IMG/VR virus record: IMGVR_UViG_3300022555_000010
Span: 64,001-128,000 of that record
Length of the DNA stretch: 64,000 bases
From: a virus
Direction: 5' to 3' (one strand)
Part shown: positions 10,111-19,622 of the stretch, in pieces
Layout: each line of letters starts with the position of its first letter
Position numbering within the stretch: the stretch's first letter is position 1
Notes under the pieces: generated by a model
The model's input: only the letters and a program-made list of their open reading frames with translations
Database searches by the model: none
Told to the model about the DNA's origin: nothing
Made by a program: the position numbers and the translations under genes

Positions 10111-11229
10111 ATGACAACGAAAGAGATGGGATTTGGGGTTAATGTGTGGTGGACGCTTCCGGAAACATCGATTGATGGCATCCGAGCACAAACGCTTCTA
10201 CAGAAGCACGGCTTTGAAGCATCGGATATGAAACTCCCTTCCAAGATTGAGGAAGTTTCTCGGGCAGTTCAATCTTTCCACGACCGTCGGAGCAAAAACA
10301 ACCGCCGCATCGTCGAAAAGGTTCTGGACACCCCGGATGAAGTGATTTACGGGATTCTGGATCGAACCCAGTCAGGCGAGAAAGTCGCCTTCTCTCAAAA
10401 GACCACGGTCCGTATGGACAAGAATACGGGTTCAGTCACGGTCGAAGGAACCTTACAGGACGAAGTCTACAAAGTCCTTCCCGAGTTCAAGGGCAAAATC
10501 ACGGACCAGGATGTCCGGGGTTTTCTTCGTGATGTAATCAAGATGTGTTTCGGGGTGGCCAAGCGTCCTTCCGGTGGCATCTATTTCGTTCCCGCGAAGT
10601 TCGCCGGGATCGTCGAACAGGCTCAGGCTCTCCTGTCAGAAATCAACGGGGGTGCGAGAATCTATGTGGAACGCATTATGGACGGAACCCACGAACGTCA
10701 GAACGTGTGGGAATCTGTCGAGGCCGATGTGGAAAGTCGTCTGGCAGAAGCAGTTGCGGCTATCGGACAGATCGAACGTCGGGCATCTGCGGTCATGGGA
10801 CAACGGGACAAGATCACTGAGGCGGCTAATCTGATGAAGGTGTATCAGGCACTTCTCGGGGAAGAAGCCAAGTATGAGTCTCTGGCTGAGAAGATTGAGG
10901 AAGCGGTCAAGGTGGTTACGGACAAGATGAACGAGATCCAACCTGGGGTGCCGAACACTACCACGGCCAAAAAGGCCGGGAAGGCACCTGTGGCGGGCAA
11001 GGCGAGGGCCGGGGGAACGGTCGTGGCGGCTGTGTTGCAGGTTCTCGTAAACACCGGGAAGGCCATGACCTCGAAGGAGATTATGGATGAGGCGGTGAAA
11101 CTCGGTCTGTATTCGTCTGATTGTGCGGCTCCGTATGAGGCCTTTGTTTCCAGTTTCACGAAGGCGATGGCCAAGGGTGAGAAGAGGATCAAACGGATAG
11201 GTCGGGGGATTTATCAGATCGCGGCTTAA
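10111..11229 (+). CDS. conserved phage protein (RPSGGIYFVP motif) with C-terminal HARE-HTH-like winged helix
   Basis: coiled region plus AAVLQVL..GKAMTSKEIMDEA..RIGRGIY C-terminus. Confidence 0.6.
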   Translation: MTTKEMGFGVNVWWTLPETSIDGIRAQTLLQKHGFEASDMKLPSKIEEVSRAVQSFHDRRSKNNRRIVEKVLDTPDEVIYGILDRTQSGEKVAFSQKTTVRMDKNTGSVTVEGTLQDEVYKVLPEFKGKITDQDVRGFLRDVIKMCFGVAKRPSGGIYFVPAKFAGIVEQAQALLSEINGGARIYVERIMDGTHERQNVWESVEADVESRLAEAVAAIGQIERRASAVMGQRDKITEAANLMKVYQALLGEEAKYESLAEKIEEAVKVVTDKMNEIQPGVPNTTTAKKAGKAPVAGKARAGGTVVAAVLQVLVNTGKAMTSKEIMDEAVKLGLYSSDCAAPYEAFVSSFTKAMAKGEKRIKRIGRGIYQIAA

Positions 11230-11261
11230 GAAGATGGGTTGAAAATAACCGGCATCAGATT

Positions 11262-11289
11262 CCGTATTCTGGTGTCGGTTTCGCAATGT
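11262..11289 (+). promoter_or_regulatory. phage promoter-like motif CCGTAT-N15-GCAATGT
   Basis: motif upstream of ligase. Confidence 0.75.
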
Positions 11290-11319
11290 ATAGGTGTCGG
11301 AATCGTAACAGGAGAAACA

Positions 11320-13281
11320 ATGAACGAAAAAGAGATAGCAATTAAAATACTGGAACTGGCAGAACAGGTTCAATATCATTCGGATCTTTATTACAACAAG
11401 GCCAAGCCGGAACTCACTGACGCGGAATATGACGCGATGGTCGAAGAACTGAAGGCGGCGGTGGCTGAACTTGAAAAGAAAGATCCTTCCGCTCCTGAAA
11501 TCTCTCAGGGCAAAATCGTTTTGAGTAATGTCGGGTCTGTCCCGTCATACGGTGAAAAGGTCACTCATGCCTCAATCATGGGTTCCTTGGACAAGGACAC
11601 GAAGGTTTCCGGGATTGTGGCGTGGTATAACAAGTATGCTCCCAAGGGAGGATGCAAGTTGGTCGTGACTCCGAAGATTGACGGGTGTGCCAGTCGCATC
11701 AACTATGAAGACGGCAAACTTGTGAAGGCGGCAACTCGTGGGGATGGTTCGGTCGGAATGAATGTGACTGACAATATCCTGGCGACAAAGAGTATCCCGA
11801 AGTTCATCGGGGCAGGGAAGACCATCGAAGTTCGTCCAGAAGTATATATGCCTCGTTCAGTTTTCAATCGTCTCAAGGCGGCAGGGGCCAAGGGGGAAAA
11901 TCCCCGGAACCTTGGAACAGGCAGTTTGATGGCTCAAGATCCGAAGGAAACCGCAAGCCGGGACCTTTCGATTCTTGCCTATGATGTTCAGGGCGGACCT
12001 CAATTCAAGACGGAGACGGCGAAGCGGACTTGGATGGAAGCCAATCTTCCGGGTATCCCGTTGGTGGATATGCAGGTGATCGATGTCAGCGAGTTCGAGG
12101 CCGTGGCTCTGGAATGGGAAGCCAAGCGTCCAACACTGGATTACGAGATTGATGGTCTGGTGATTGCTCTGGACTCGATTGAAGCTCAGGAAGAAGCCGG
12201 TTGGAATGGTAAACGTCCCAATGGCAAGATCGCCTTTAAGTTCCCTCCAGAACAGAAGACGGCGAAGATCCTGGGGATTGACTGGCAGGTCGGTCGGACA
12301 GGTCGGTTGACACCGATGGCTCGTATTGAGCCGACACGGTTGGCCGGCAGCACTATTCGGAATATCACTCTTCACAATGCGGCGAATGTCGTGGCAATGG
12401 ATGTCGGAGTGGGTGACGAGGTCTTGATTGAGAAGGCCGGGGATATCATCCCGCAGGTCGTCCGGGTCGTGGATCGTCCGGCAAATCGAGATGCCAATGT
12501 GTTCGTGACGGAATGTCCTTCCTGTGGTGGTCCGGTATTCGCGGACGATCAGAAGGTCAATCTGTGGTGTGAGAGCACCAATTGTCCCGCACAGTTGGAA
12601 CGCCGAATCCTTCACTGGATCAAGACTTTGGACATTTTGGGAGTCGGGCCTGGAATCATTCGTGAGCTCTGTCAGCAGGGTTTCGTGAAGGATGTTCCGG
12701 ATCTGTATTTCCTGACGGAAGAACAGTTGGTGTCGGCTACGGGTGGTAAGTCGAGTGCTCAGAAGGTGCAGACGGTAATTCTGGAGAAGTCCGAGATTCC
12801 TCTGGCAGTCTTCCTGGATGCTCTGGGAATTGACGGCCTGGGGACGACTTCATCGAAGGAAGTTGCCAAGGCATTCAAGACTTTGGGCGGGGTACTTCAC
12901 GCGACGATGGACGAGTTAGATGCTCTGCCGGATATCGGGGCTACGACTGCCAATAACATTGTGGAAGGTCTGAAGGCTTTGACTCCGATGATTGATCGGT
13001 TGGTTCAGACTCTTGATGTTCAGGAAATCGTGGAGAAGACGGGGCCTTTGACCGGGATGAGTTTCGTTCTGACGGGTGCGATGAGCAAACCCCGGAAAGA
13101 AATCGAGCACAACATTGAGATGGCCGGTGGCGAGAACAAGGGTAGTGTCGGCAAGGGTGTGACATACTTGGTTCAGGCTGATGCCAATAGCACCTCCTCG
13201 AAGACGGAGAAGGCGAAGAAGGTCGGGACACTGGTAATCAGTGAGGACAAACTGTGGGAGATGATTGGAGGACAGGTATGA
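11320..13281 (+). CDS. ligA: NAD-dependent DNA ligase
   Basis: KIDG adenylation motif, TRGDG, DYEIDGLV, GRTG, TLHN, Zn finger, HhH, BRCT; AGGAG RBS at 11320. Confidence 0.95.
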   Translation: MNEKEIAIKILELAEQVQYHSDLYYNKAKPELTDAEYDAMVEELKAAVAELEKKDPSAPEISQGKIVLSNVGSVPSYGEKVTHASIMGSLDKDTKVSGIVAWYNKYAPKGGCKLVVTPKIDGCASRINYEDGKLVKAATRGDGSVGMNVTDNILATKSIPKFIGAGKTIEVRPEVYMPRSVFNRLKAAGAKGENPRNLGTGSLMAQDPKETASRDLSILAYDVQGGPQFKTETAKRTWMEANLPGIPLVDMQVIDVSEFEAVALEWEAKRPTLDYEIDGLVIALDSIEAQEEAGWNGKRPNGKIAFKFPPEQKTAKILGIDWQVGRTGRLTPMARIEPTRLAGSTIRNITLHNAANVVAMDVGVGDEVLIEKAGDIIPQVVRVVDRPANRDANVFVTECPSCGGPVFADDQKVNLWCESTNCPAQLERRILHWIKTLDILGVGPGIIRELCQQGFVKDVPDLYFLTEEQLVSATGGKSSAQKVQTVILEKSEIPLAVFLDALGIDGLGTTSSKEVAKAFKTLGGVLHATMDELDALPDIGATTANNIVEGLKALTPMIDRLVQTLDVQEIVEKTGPLTGMSFVLTGAMSKPRKEIEHNIEMAGGENKGSVGKGVTYLVQADANSTSSKTEKAKKVGTLVISEDKLWEMIGGQV

Positions 13282-13544
13282 GTTTGCATAAGTATTTGGT
13301 CAAGGCCTCGATGGATCTTTCCGTTGATCTCCAAAAATCATTGTGTTATGGTAATTTGAAGGAGTTTCAAGATGGGTTCCGTCTGCCCGATTATGTCCGT
13401 GGGGTCATTCAAGAGGCTTACGCAGTTGGGAAGGAAGATGGTAAGACCCAGGAGAAGCGTCGGCTGCGAAAACGGGCTGACAAGGCATTCTACGGTGTCT
13501 CAGGTAGTGCGAAGTCACAGGCTATCGAGAACATCTTCGGTTAA
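13278..13544 (+). CDS. hypothetical protein
   Basis: ATGA overlap with ligA. Confidence 0.5.
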   Translation: MSLHKYLVKASMDLSVDLQKSLCYGNLKEFQDGFRLPDYVRGVIQEAYAVGKEDGKTQEKRRLRKRADKAFYGVSGSAKSQAIENIFG

Positions 13545-13548
13545 TCAT

Positions 13549-13675
13549 GGGGCTGTAGCTCAAATGGCAGAGCGGTTAATCACCAGGGGTTCCCGCTACC
13601 ACAGGCAGGGGTTATTTTCCCCCTAGCAGTGGGTGAGGGAATCTCAATATGCGGGTTCGAGGCCCGCCGGCTCCA
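13549..13675 (+). ncRNA. tRNA-Ala-like RNA with a long hairpin replacing the anticodon arm
   Basis: GGGGCTG/CGGCTCC acceptor with G3-U70, canonical D arm, T arm GCGGG-TTCGAGG-CCCGC; about 75 nt between D and T arms; no encoded CCA. Confidence 0.6.
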
Positions 13676-13689
13676 ACAGGATTTGAAAT

Positions 13690-13926
13690 ATGAGAACAGA
13701 TACAAAAATAGGTTCAGAGCATCTCGGCAAGTTTATGGTAATGAACGCCGGGGGACTCAGGTCGCTCCCGGTAAGGATCACGGCTGTCGGGAACGGGATG
13801 GTCGAGTGGGATGTCCTGGAGAAGGATATCCCATTGAGGAGTGGAAAGAGTCTGTATAAGGGTGAGACGGTCACGATTTATGACAGCCCGAAAGAAGCAT
13901 TGAATTGGGAGAATAAGGACTTATGA
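13690..13926 (+). CDS. hypothetical protein
   Basis: ORF, coupled to next. Confidence 0.5.
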   Translation: MRTDTKIGSEHLGKFMVMNAGGLRSLPVRITAVGNGMVEWDVLEKDIPLRSGKSLYKGETVTIYDSPKEALNWENKDL

Positions 13927-14270
13927 GTAATTTAAATATTTTGGTTCTGGGAAAGAAGGGTCACGCGAGGAGCATTGCGGCAACGATTTGTTATGTGGCA
14001 CTTCATAATGCCGGTTTCATTGTGGCCAAGCCTGAAGATAAGGATTGGTTGATGCCTGGGCCATTTACCAAGAGGCTTCAGAGGTTGAAGAGGGAAAAGA
14101 AGACGAGTGCTACAGTCATACTGGGGGAGGACAAGGTAAGTGTCTCCAAGGGCAGACTGACCCCGGCGGAACGTGCCAAGGGACGGAGTGAGAGATATCA
14201 CGAGATGTCTCCAAGGGATCAATGGGAAGAGGACAAGAGTTTAGGCCTCCTGGATTGGGACGGGAAGTAA
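13923..14270 (+). CDS. hypothetical protein
   Basis: coupled ORF. Confidence 0.55.
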   Translation: MSNLNILVLGKKGHARSIAATICYVALHNAGFIVAKPEDKDWLMPGPFTKRLQRLKREKKTSATVILGEDKVSVSKGRLTPAERAKGRSERYHEMSPRDQWEEDKSLGLLDWDGK

Positions 14271-14272
14271 CG

Positions 14273-14470
14273 ATGGACACAAGACTTGAAGAAGAGGATT
14301 TGTATCATTGCCATAAGGTGATGACATCAGATATTGGAGAATGCAATGTTTTTCTCGGAATGAATCCGGATGAGGAAACGAGACAGAGGTATCTGAAGCG
14401 GATAAAGGACGATGAACGGGTTATTCGAAGGATCGAGAGAACCCTGGGATTGACATTGACCTGGAGTTGA
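14273..14470 (+). CDS. hypothetical protein
   Basis: short ORF. Confidence 0.45.
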   Translation: MDTRLEEEDLYHCHKVMTSDIGECNVFLGMNPDEETRQRYLKRIKDDERVIRRIERTLGLTLTWS

Positions 14471-14471
14471 G

Positions 14472-14876
14472 ATGAAGTTGCATAAGAATTCCAAGTTGTA
14501 TCAGAAACTTTTTCCACCGATGAAGGAGATGGAAGATTGTGAGCCGGAGTTGCTTGGACCGACAGGTCAACTTGGTCCAGAGATGCCATTCAAAAAGCAA
14601 GACAAGCCACCCTTGGGACTAACTCCAAGGTATCTTGCCGAAGAGAAACGTCTACGGGAAGTCAATGAGGCGATTGATCGATATCTGAAAGCCAAATTGA
14701 ATGTCCCGATGGATTGGTTGAATGAGCAGAATTATTTGGAGACTCAGGCGAGGAAGCATCACAAGAAGGTGACTGGAATAAGTTTTATGGTTAAGGGCAG
14801 AACGGTCACGAGTGATGTTTCGGTCGGGAATGGACAGAATACCCGGAGATTAATCCTCCGACCTTCAAAGGGTTGA
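14472..14876 (+). CDS. hypothetical phage protein (KPPLGLTPR motif)
   Basis: ORF with GGAG RBS. Confidence 0.55.
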   Translation: MKLHKNSKLYQKLFPPMKEMEDCEPELLGPTGQLGPEMPFKKQDKPPLGLTPRYLAEEKRLREVNEAIDRYLKAKLNVPMDWLNEQNYLETQARKHHKKVTGISFMVKGRTVTSDVSVGNGQNTRRLILRPSKG

Positions 14877-14985
14877 AGGACTGGATGGATATCAAGGTAA
14901 ATGGGCAGGATTCCTCGAAACTGGATGAGCATGGGGGATTTGATCCTCATTTGGTGAATTACGGAAAGGGTATCAGTTTTGGGTT

Positions 14986-15198
14986 ATGACTGAGGCTGAG
15001 TATTTGGTATCTAAGCCGGTCAAGGCAGGGGCGAAGAAGGAGACACAGAAGGTTGTTTGTGTGGATGATGTAGGGGACTGTGGGTTGACGAGTGGTAGGG
15101 AGTATGAGGTTGAGTGGCAGAAGGGTGGGATGGTGACGGTGACGAATGACAGGGGAGAGGTTCAAGAATACTTCCTGGAAAGATTTCGGTTTGTCTGA
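14986..15198 (+). CDS. small SH3-like hypothetical protein
   Basis: VVCVD..LTSGREYEV..VTNDRG..ERF. Confidence 0.55.
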   Translation: MTEAEYLVSKPVKAGAKKETQKVVCVDDVGDCGLTSGREYEVEWQKGGMVTVTNDRGEVQEYFLERFRFV

Positions 15199-15208
15199 AG
15201 AATACTTT

Positions 15209-15236
15209 CCGTATTTAGACGACAATTCTGCAATGT
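15209..15236 (+). promoter_or_regulatory. phage promoter-like motif, leaderless (ATG 6 nt downstream)
   Basis: CCGTAT-N15-GCAATGT then ATG 15243, no RBS. Confidence 0.75.
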
Positions 15237-15242
15237 ATCGAT

Positions 15243-17192
15243 ATGAACATACCAAAAACAGCAATTTCAATGGACTTAAGGAAGTTTCGCCAAAGTGGCT
15301 TTAAAGAGGAATTTATCCTCGACGGAGGGATCTATGTCCCTCGTGAGATGCAGATAGAGGCCATCCACGAACACCAGGATTCGCGATACGCGATGATCGT
15401 GGGTCCTACAGGGAACGGCAAGTCTAAGGCTATCTGGACCATTTCCATGATTCAATTGAATCGGAAATTGATTCGCAAGGCGGTTGTTCTCGTACCTCAG
15501 ACGATTATTGGCAAGTCATACGACGATGGGATTATGAGGGTCGATGGTATCGGGGATGTGGAATGGATTGTGGCCCCGAAGGATCGGCTCACAAGCCCTA
15601 CGACCTCTGACATTGTCAAGACGGCTCATGTTAAGGAGTTCTTGAGGTCGAAACGAAAGACTCTCGTCTGCACTTATCATTCATTTGTGGCGGCATACAA
15701 GTCTTTGTCGAAGAAGGATAAGAAGGCCTTGTTTGCCGGTGTGATGGTGTGGGTGGATGAGTGTCATCATCTGGCTTTCGCAAAGAACGGCCAACGGGCA
15801 GAGTTCAATTGCCTGGGACATATCATTGATGAGTTGATGGAAAATGTTCCGACTTGTCGTATTGGAATGGCAACGGCGACATATTGCCGGGGAGATTTAG
15901 GGGCTATCCTTAAGCCTGAGACATACTCGAAATTCAAGGTCTACGAGTATTCGTATGACCGGTACTTCAAGGCGATGAAGTATCTGGAGACATTCGAGTT
16001 CAAGTTTATTCCCTATCAGAGAAAGAAGGGGGAATTTCCTCCCGCAAAGATTATTGCTGAAATGTTCGACAAGTGGAATGCCAAGACAATTGCTTATGTT
16101 CCTTCCGTGAACAGTTCTTGTTCTCATGGTAAGGATCACGAAGTTCAGAAAATTATGGAGGCTCTCGGGACTGATGAGGCCGGAAAGACGGAATATCCGG
16201 AAGACGAAAACGGAATAATTCACATTACTCGGCCTGATGGTACAAAACTGAAGGTGATGAATCTTGTGGCCGAAGAAGGTCGGAATGTTAAGAAGGCCTA
16301 TATCGAGGAGATTCGGAATGACAAGGACCCGGAGATCCGTGAGAGAAATCGGCAGAAGCTGGATATGATCATTGCTCTCGGAATGTTCAAAGAGGGTGCT
16401 GACTGGGAGTTCGCTGAACGGTCAGTCATTATCGGGTATCGCGGAAGTCTTGTTGAGATGGTTCAGATTACGGGACGACTGTTTCGGGATATTCCCGGAA
16501 AGAAGCATGTTGAGGTCAACAATCTGATTGAGGCGACCCTGGCGACACAAACAGACGAGTTCGAGGGGGACCTCAACAAGGTAATGTTGTCGATATTTGG
16601 AGTGATGCTGATGGAGGATGTGTTCAGTCCGATTCGGATGGAGTCAGAACGGTCGGACAAGCCCGGCAGTAAAGACGGATATTTTGATTATCTGGCGGCG
16701 GCAATCCCGGCTGACAAGCGACAAGATTTCTTCGGTTCGGTGTTCTCTGATGTCATCAACAAACTCAAGAATTGTAATGATGGGGCTGTTGTAGAACGGT
16801 TTCGTGATGAAGAGTTTGAAGGGATTGTTAAGAAACATCTCAAAGATGGAGGATTTGACGACTCTCATCTGGACTTGATCTCGGAAAAGGTCTGGCGGAT
16901 GTTCACCAGAAGGGGTCTGAGGACTCAGGGGCTGGATATTAATGATGTTGGGATTAAAATCATTCGCCGGTCAAACCCATTGGCAGGGATTGTTGAATAC
17001 CTTTCTGACAAAAGGAACAGTGAAAGTCTGGAAATGATTAAGAAGGCATTCCAGGATAGTCGGATTACGCCGGAGGAATGGGTTCACATTGCGGAACTCC
17101 TGGAGAAAAAAAATGGTGGGTCACTCCCTTGTAATTCAGAAATGATAAGGATGAGGGAGCATAATAGTTTTATGGCGGAATTAAATAAATAG
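15243..17192 (+). CDS. SF2 DExH helicase/ATPase ending in half a copy of the neighbouring 55-aa repeat
   Basis: GPTGNGKS, DECHH, TAT, QITGRLFR; C-terminal TPEEWVHIAELLEKKNGGSLP. Confidence 0.85.
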   Translation: MNIPKTAISMDLRKFRQSGFKEEFILDGGIYVPREMQIEAIHEHQDSRYAMIVGPTGNGKSKAIWTISMIQLNRKLIRKAVVLVPQTIIGKSYDDGIMRVDGIGDVEWIVAPKDRLTSPTTSDIVKTAHVKEFLRSKRKTLVCTYHSFVAAYKSLSKKDKKALFAGVMVWVDECHHLAFAKNGQRAEFNCLGHIIDELMENVPTCRIGMATATYCRGDLGAILKPETYSKFKVYEYSYDRYFKAMKYLETFEFKFIPYQRKKGEFPPAKIIAEMFDKWNAKTIAYVPSVNSSCSHGKDHEVQKIMEALGTDEAGKTEYPEDENGIIHITRPDGTKLKVMNLVAEEGRNVKKAYIEEIRNDKDPEIRERNRQKLDMIIALGMFKEGADWEFAERSVIIGYRGSLVEMVQITGRLFRDIPGKKHVEVNNLIEATLATQTDEFEGDLNKVMLSIFGVMLMEDVFSPIRMESERSDKPGSKDGYFDYLAAAIPADKRQDFFGSVFSDVINKLKNCNDGAVVERFRDEEFEGIVKKHLKDGGFDDSHLDLISEKVWRMFTRRGLRTQGLDINDVGIKIIRRSNPLAGIVEYLSDKRNSESLEMIKKAFQDSRITPEEWVHIAELLEKKNGGSLPCNSEMIRMREHNSFMAELNK

Positions 17193-17195
17193 ACC

Positions 17196-18338
17196 ATGAA
17201 TGATCAGGACATCATCGATATAGCCATCAGAGGTCGGGCAACTGGGAGTGGATTGTGGCACGCAATGCGGAGTAATCCAAAATTGTTTGCACATCTCAAA
17301 CAAGAATGTAAGCGAGGCAAAACACCGGAAGAATGGGTCGTTATTGCCGAAAAACTGGCGGAAGAACACAATGGAATATTGCCTCGTCCTATCTGGTTAG
17401 AGGCAAATGGTTACAAAGGATTGTATGCTTGTATTCGTCGGTGTCCAAGTTTTTTCAAGCATATCAAACAGGATAGAAAACAGAGGCCTATCGAGGAGTG
17501 GGTGTCGATTGCCGAGGGAATAGCCAAAGATCATGATGGAGTCATTCCTAGGCCAAGATGGTTGATTGAAAATGGGTACAGTGGACTAGCCAGGATGATG
17601 AAAGAGAATCCCGATGAGTTTAAACACATAAGTCAAAACAAGATGATTAAAATAAAGCCTGAGTCATTGGTTCCCGTTGTCGAAAAACTGGCAAAAGACA
17701 ATGGTGGGATTTTACAAAAACAATGTTGGCTTCATAGTAATGGGTATTCAGGAGTGGTTGCCGCGATAAAAAGACATCCTGAGTTGTTTACCCACATTCA
17801 AATGGAAAGAGTTATATACCGCAATTTGGATGAGTGGGTGGTGTTTGCCGAGAAATTGGCTGAAGAAAACGGTGGAGTGATTCGGGCCGGTGAATGGTTG
17901 AATAAGAATGGGCATTACGGACTTAAACGGATGATGAAGAAGTTCCCGGAGAGATTTGCCCACATTAAACAAGAACGGGAAAATTTGTCGGTCGATGATT
18001 GGGTTGTGGTTGCTGACAGATTAGCAGTAGAACACGAAGGTCTGTTGCCTCATTATGATTGGTTGGCAAACAATGGTTACACTGGTTTGTGTCGGGCGAT
18101 CAGGTTTAATCCTGACAAGTTTTTACATCTTCTTCGTGATGTAAGACGAAGGACACCGAAAGCCTGGGTCATCATTGCTGACAAATTGGTAGAGGAGAAT
18201 AATGGTATTTTCCCAACGCAAGAGTGGTTGAAAAAGAATGGATACGGTGGCCTATCTTGTTGTGTTTGTAAGCACCCCGAATTTTTCAAACACATCAAGC
18301 GTAATAAGCCTTGCGAGAGAGTGGCGAAGGCGGCATGA
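17196..18338 (+). CDS. tandem ~55-aa helical repeat protein (6 repeats), putative DNA binding
   Basis: repeat EEWxxIAEKLAxENGGILxxxxWLxxNGYxGL..P.LFKHI. Confidence 0.8.
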   Translation: MNDQDIIDIAIRGRATGSGLWHAMRSNPKLFAHLKQECKRGKTPEEWVVIAEKLAEEHNGILPRPIWLEANGYKGLYACIRRCPSFFKHIKQDRKQRPIEEWVSIAEGIAKDHDGVIPRPRWLIENGYSGLARMMKENPDEFKHISQNKMIKIKPESLVPVVEKLAKDNGGILQKQCWLHSNGYSGVVAAIKRHPELFTHIQMERVIYRNLDEWVVFAEKLAEENGGVIRAGEWLNKNGHYGLKRMMKKFPERFAHIKQERENLSVDDWVVVADRLAVEHEGLLPHYDWLANNGYTGLCRAIRFNPDKFLHLLRDVRRRTPKAWVIIADKLVEENNGIFPTQEWLKKNGYGGLSCCVCKHPEFFKHIKRNKPCERVAKAA

Positions 18339-18448
18339 TTTAGCCGCGTTGGAGACTTGTGTCTACAGACATCCAGGTTGTTCAAACACATTCCCCAGGA
18401 TCGGAGACGGTGGACCCGGAATCGACTTGAAAAAGTTGCATAATCTTT

Positions 18449-18476
18449 CCGTATTTATGACAAGTTTTCGCAATGT
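18449..18476 (+). promoter_or_regulatory. phage promoter-like motif, leaderless
   Basis: motif then ATG 18483 six nt later. Confidence 0.75.
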
Positions 18477-18482
18477 ATTGGT

Positions 18483-19622
18483 ATGAATGAGAAAGATGTC
18501 ATAGATACAGCCATTAGAGGAAAAGCAACTGGACCTGGATTGATAAGATTCATGTTTAATAATCCAGAACTTTTCAAGCACATATCGCGTGACCATAAAC
18601 ATAATTCCGCAGAAGAGTGGGTTCCCATTGCTGAGAAGTTGGCAAAAGAAAATGGTGGAATACTACAGAGTAGGGGCTGGTTGCAGAAAAACGGATACAG
18701 TGGTTTGTCCAGGGTATTGATAAATTGTCCCAAACTTTTCAAACATATCAAGCAGGAAAAAATGAAAAGGTCACGAATGGAATGGATACCCATCGCCGAG
18801 AAACTGACAAAAGAGAATGGTGGAATACTGCCTTGTAAGCATTGGTTGGTAAAGAACGGTTATTGGGGACTATCAGACTGTATTCGGAAGTTTCCTAAAC
18901 TTTTCAAACATATTAAACAGGAGAAGCGGGGAGGCAAGTCACCGAAAGAGTGGATTCACATTGCCGAGAAATTGGCAAAAGAAAATGGTGGAATACTACC
19001 TTATGGGCGTTGGTTGGGAAAGAATGGATACAATGGATTGTTGTGTGCTATTCGTACTTATCCGGAACTTTTCAAACATATTAAACAGGAGAAGCGGGGA
19101 GGCAAGTCACCGAAAGAGTGGATTCACATTGCCGAGAAATTGGCAAAAGAAAATGGTGGAATACTACAGAATAGTGGGTGGTTGCAGAAAAACGGATACA
19201 GTGGTTTGTCTGCGGTATTGATAAGTTGTTCGGAACTTTTCAAACATATTAAACAGGAGAAGCGGGGAGGAAAGCCGCCTGAAGAGTGGATTCCAATTGC
19301 TGAGAAGTTGGCAAAAGAAAATGGTGGAGTATTACAAAATCATTTTTGGTTGTGTCAGAATCAGTACAGTGGACTTTCGGCTTGTATTAAAAATAATCCG
19401 GAAATGTTCAAGCATCTCAAGGTTGAAAAATGCGTTAAAAGAATAGAAGAATGGCTTCTGATTGCGAAGAGATTAACAAAAGAGAATGGTGGAGTCCTGC
19501 CGACTCATTTGTGGATTAGAGAGAATGGATACTGTGGGTTGTCGTCTTGCATATTAAAGAATCCGGAAATGTTTAAGCATCTCGGGTTACGATTAAAGCC
19601 GCAAAGAAGGTCCAAGGCATGA
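18483..19622 (+). CDS. tandem ~56-aa repeat protein (6 repeats), paralogue 2
   Basis: same repeat; ~98-bp identical DNA blocks 168 bp apart. Confidence 0.8.
   Translation: MNEKDVIDTAIRGKATGPGLIRFMFNNPELFKHISRDHKHNSAEEWVPIAEKLAKENGGILQSRGWLQKNGYSGLSRVLINCPKLFKHIKQEKMKRSRMEWIPIAEKLTKENGGILPCKHWLVKNGYWGLSDCIRKFPKLFKHIKQEKRGGKSPKEWIHIAEKLAKENGGILPYGRWLGKNGYNGLLCAIRTYPELFKHIKQEKRGGKSPKEWIHIAEKLAKENGGILQNSGWLQKNGYSGLSAVLISCSELFKHIKQEKRGGKPPEEWIPIAEKLAKENGGVLQNHFWLCQNQYSGLSACIKNNPEMFKHLKVEKCVKRIEEWLLIAKRLTKENGGVLPTHLWIRENGYCGLSSCILKNPEMFKHLGLRLKPQRRSKA

Noticed and set aside
13549-13675. tmRNA (ssrA)
   Set aside because: It has a paired D stem, is only 127 nt and has no tag ORF or pseudoknot region.
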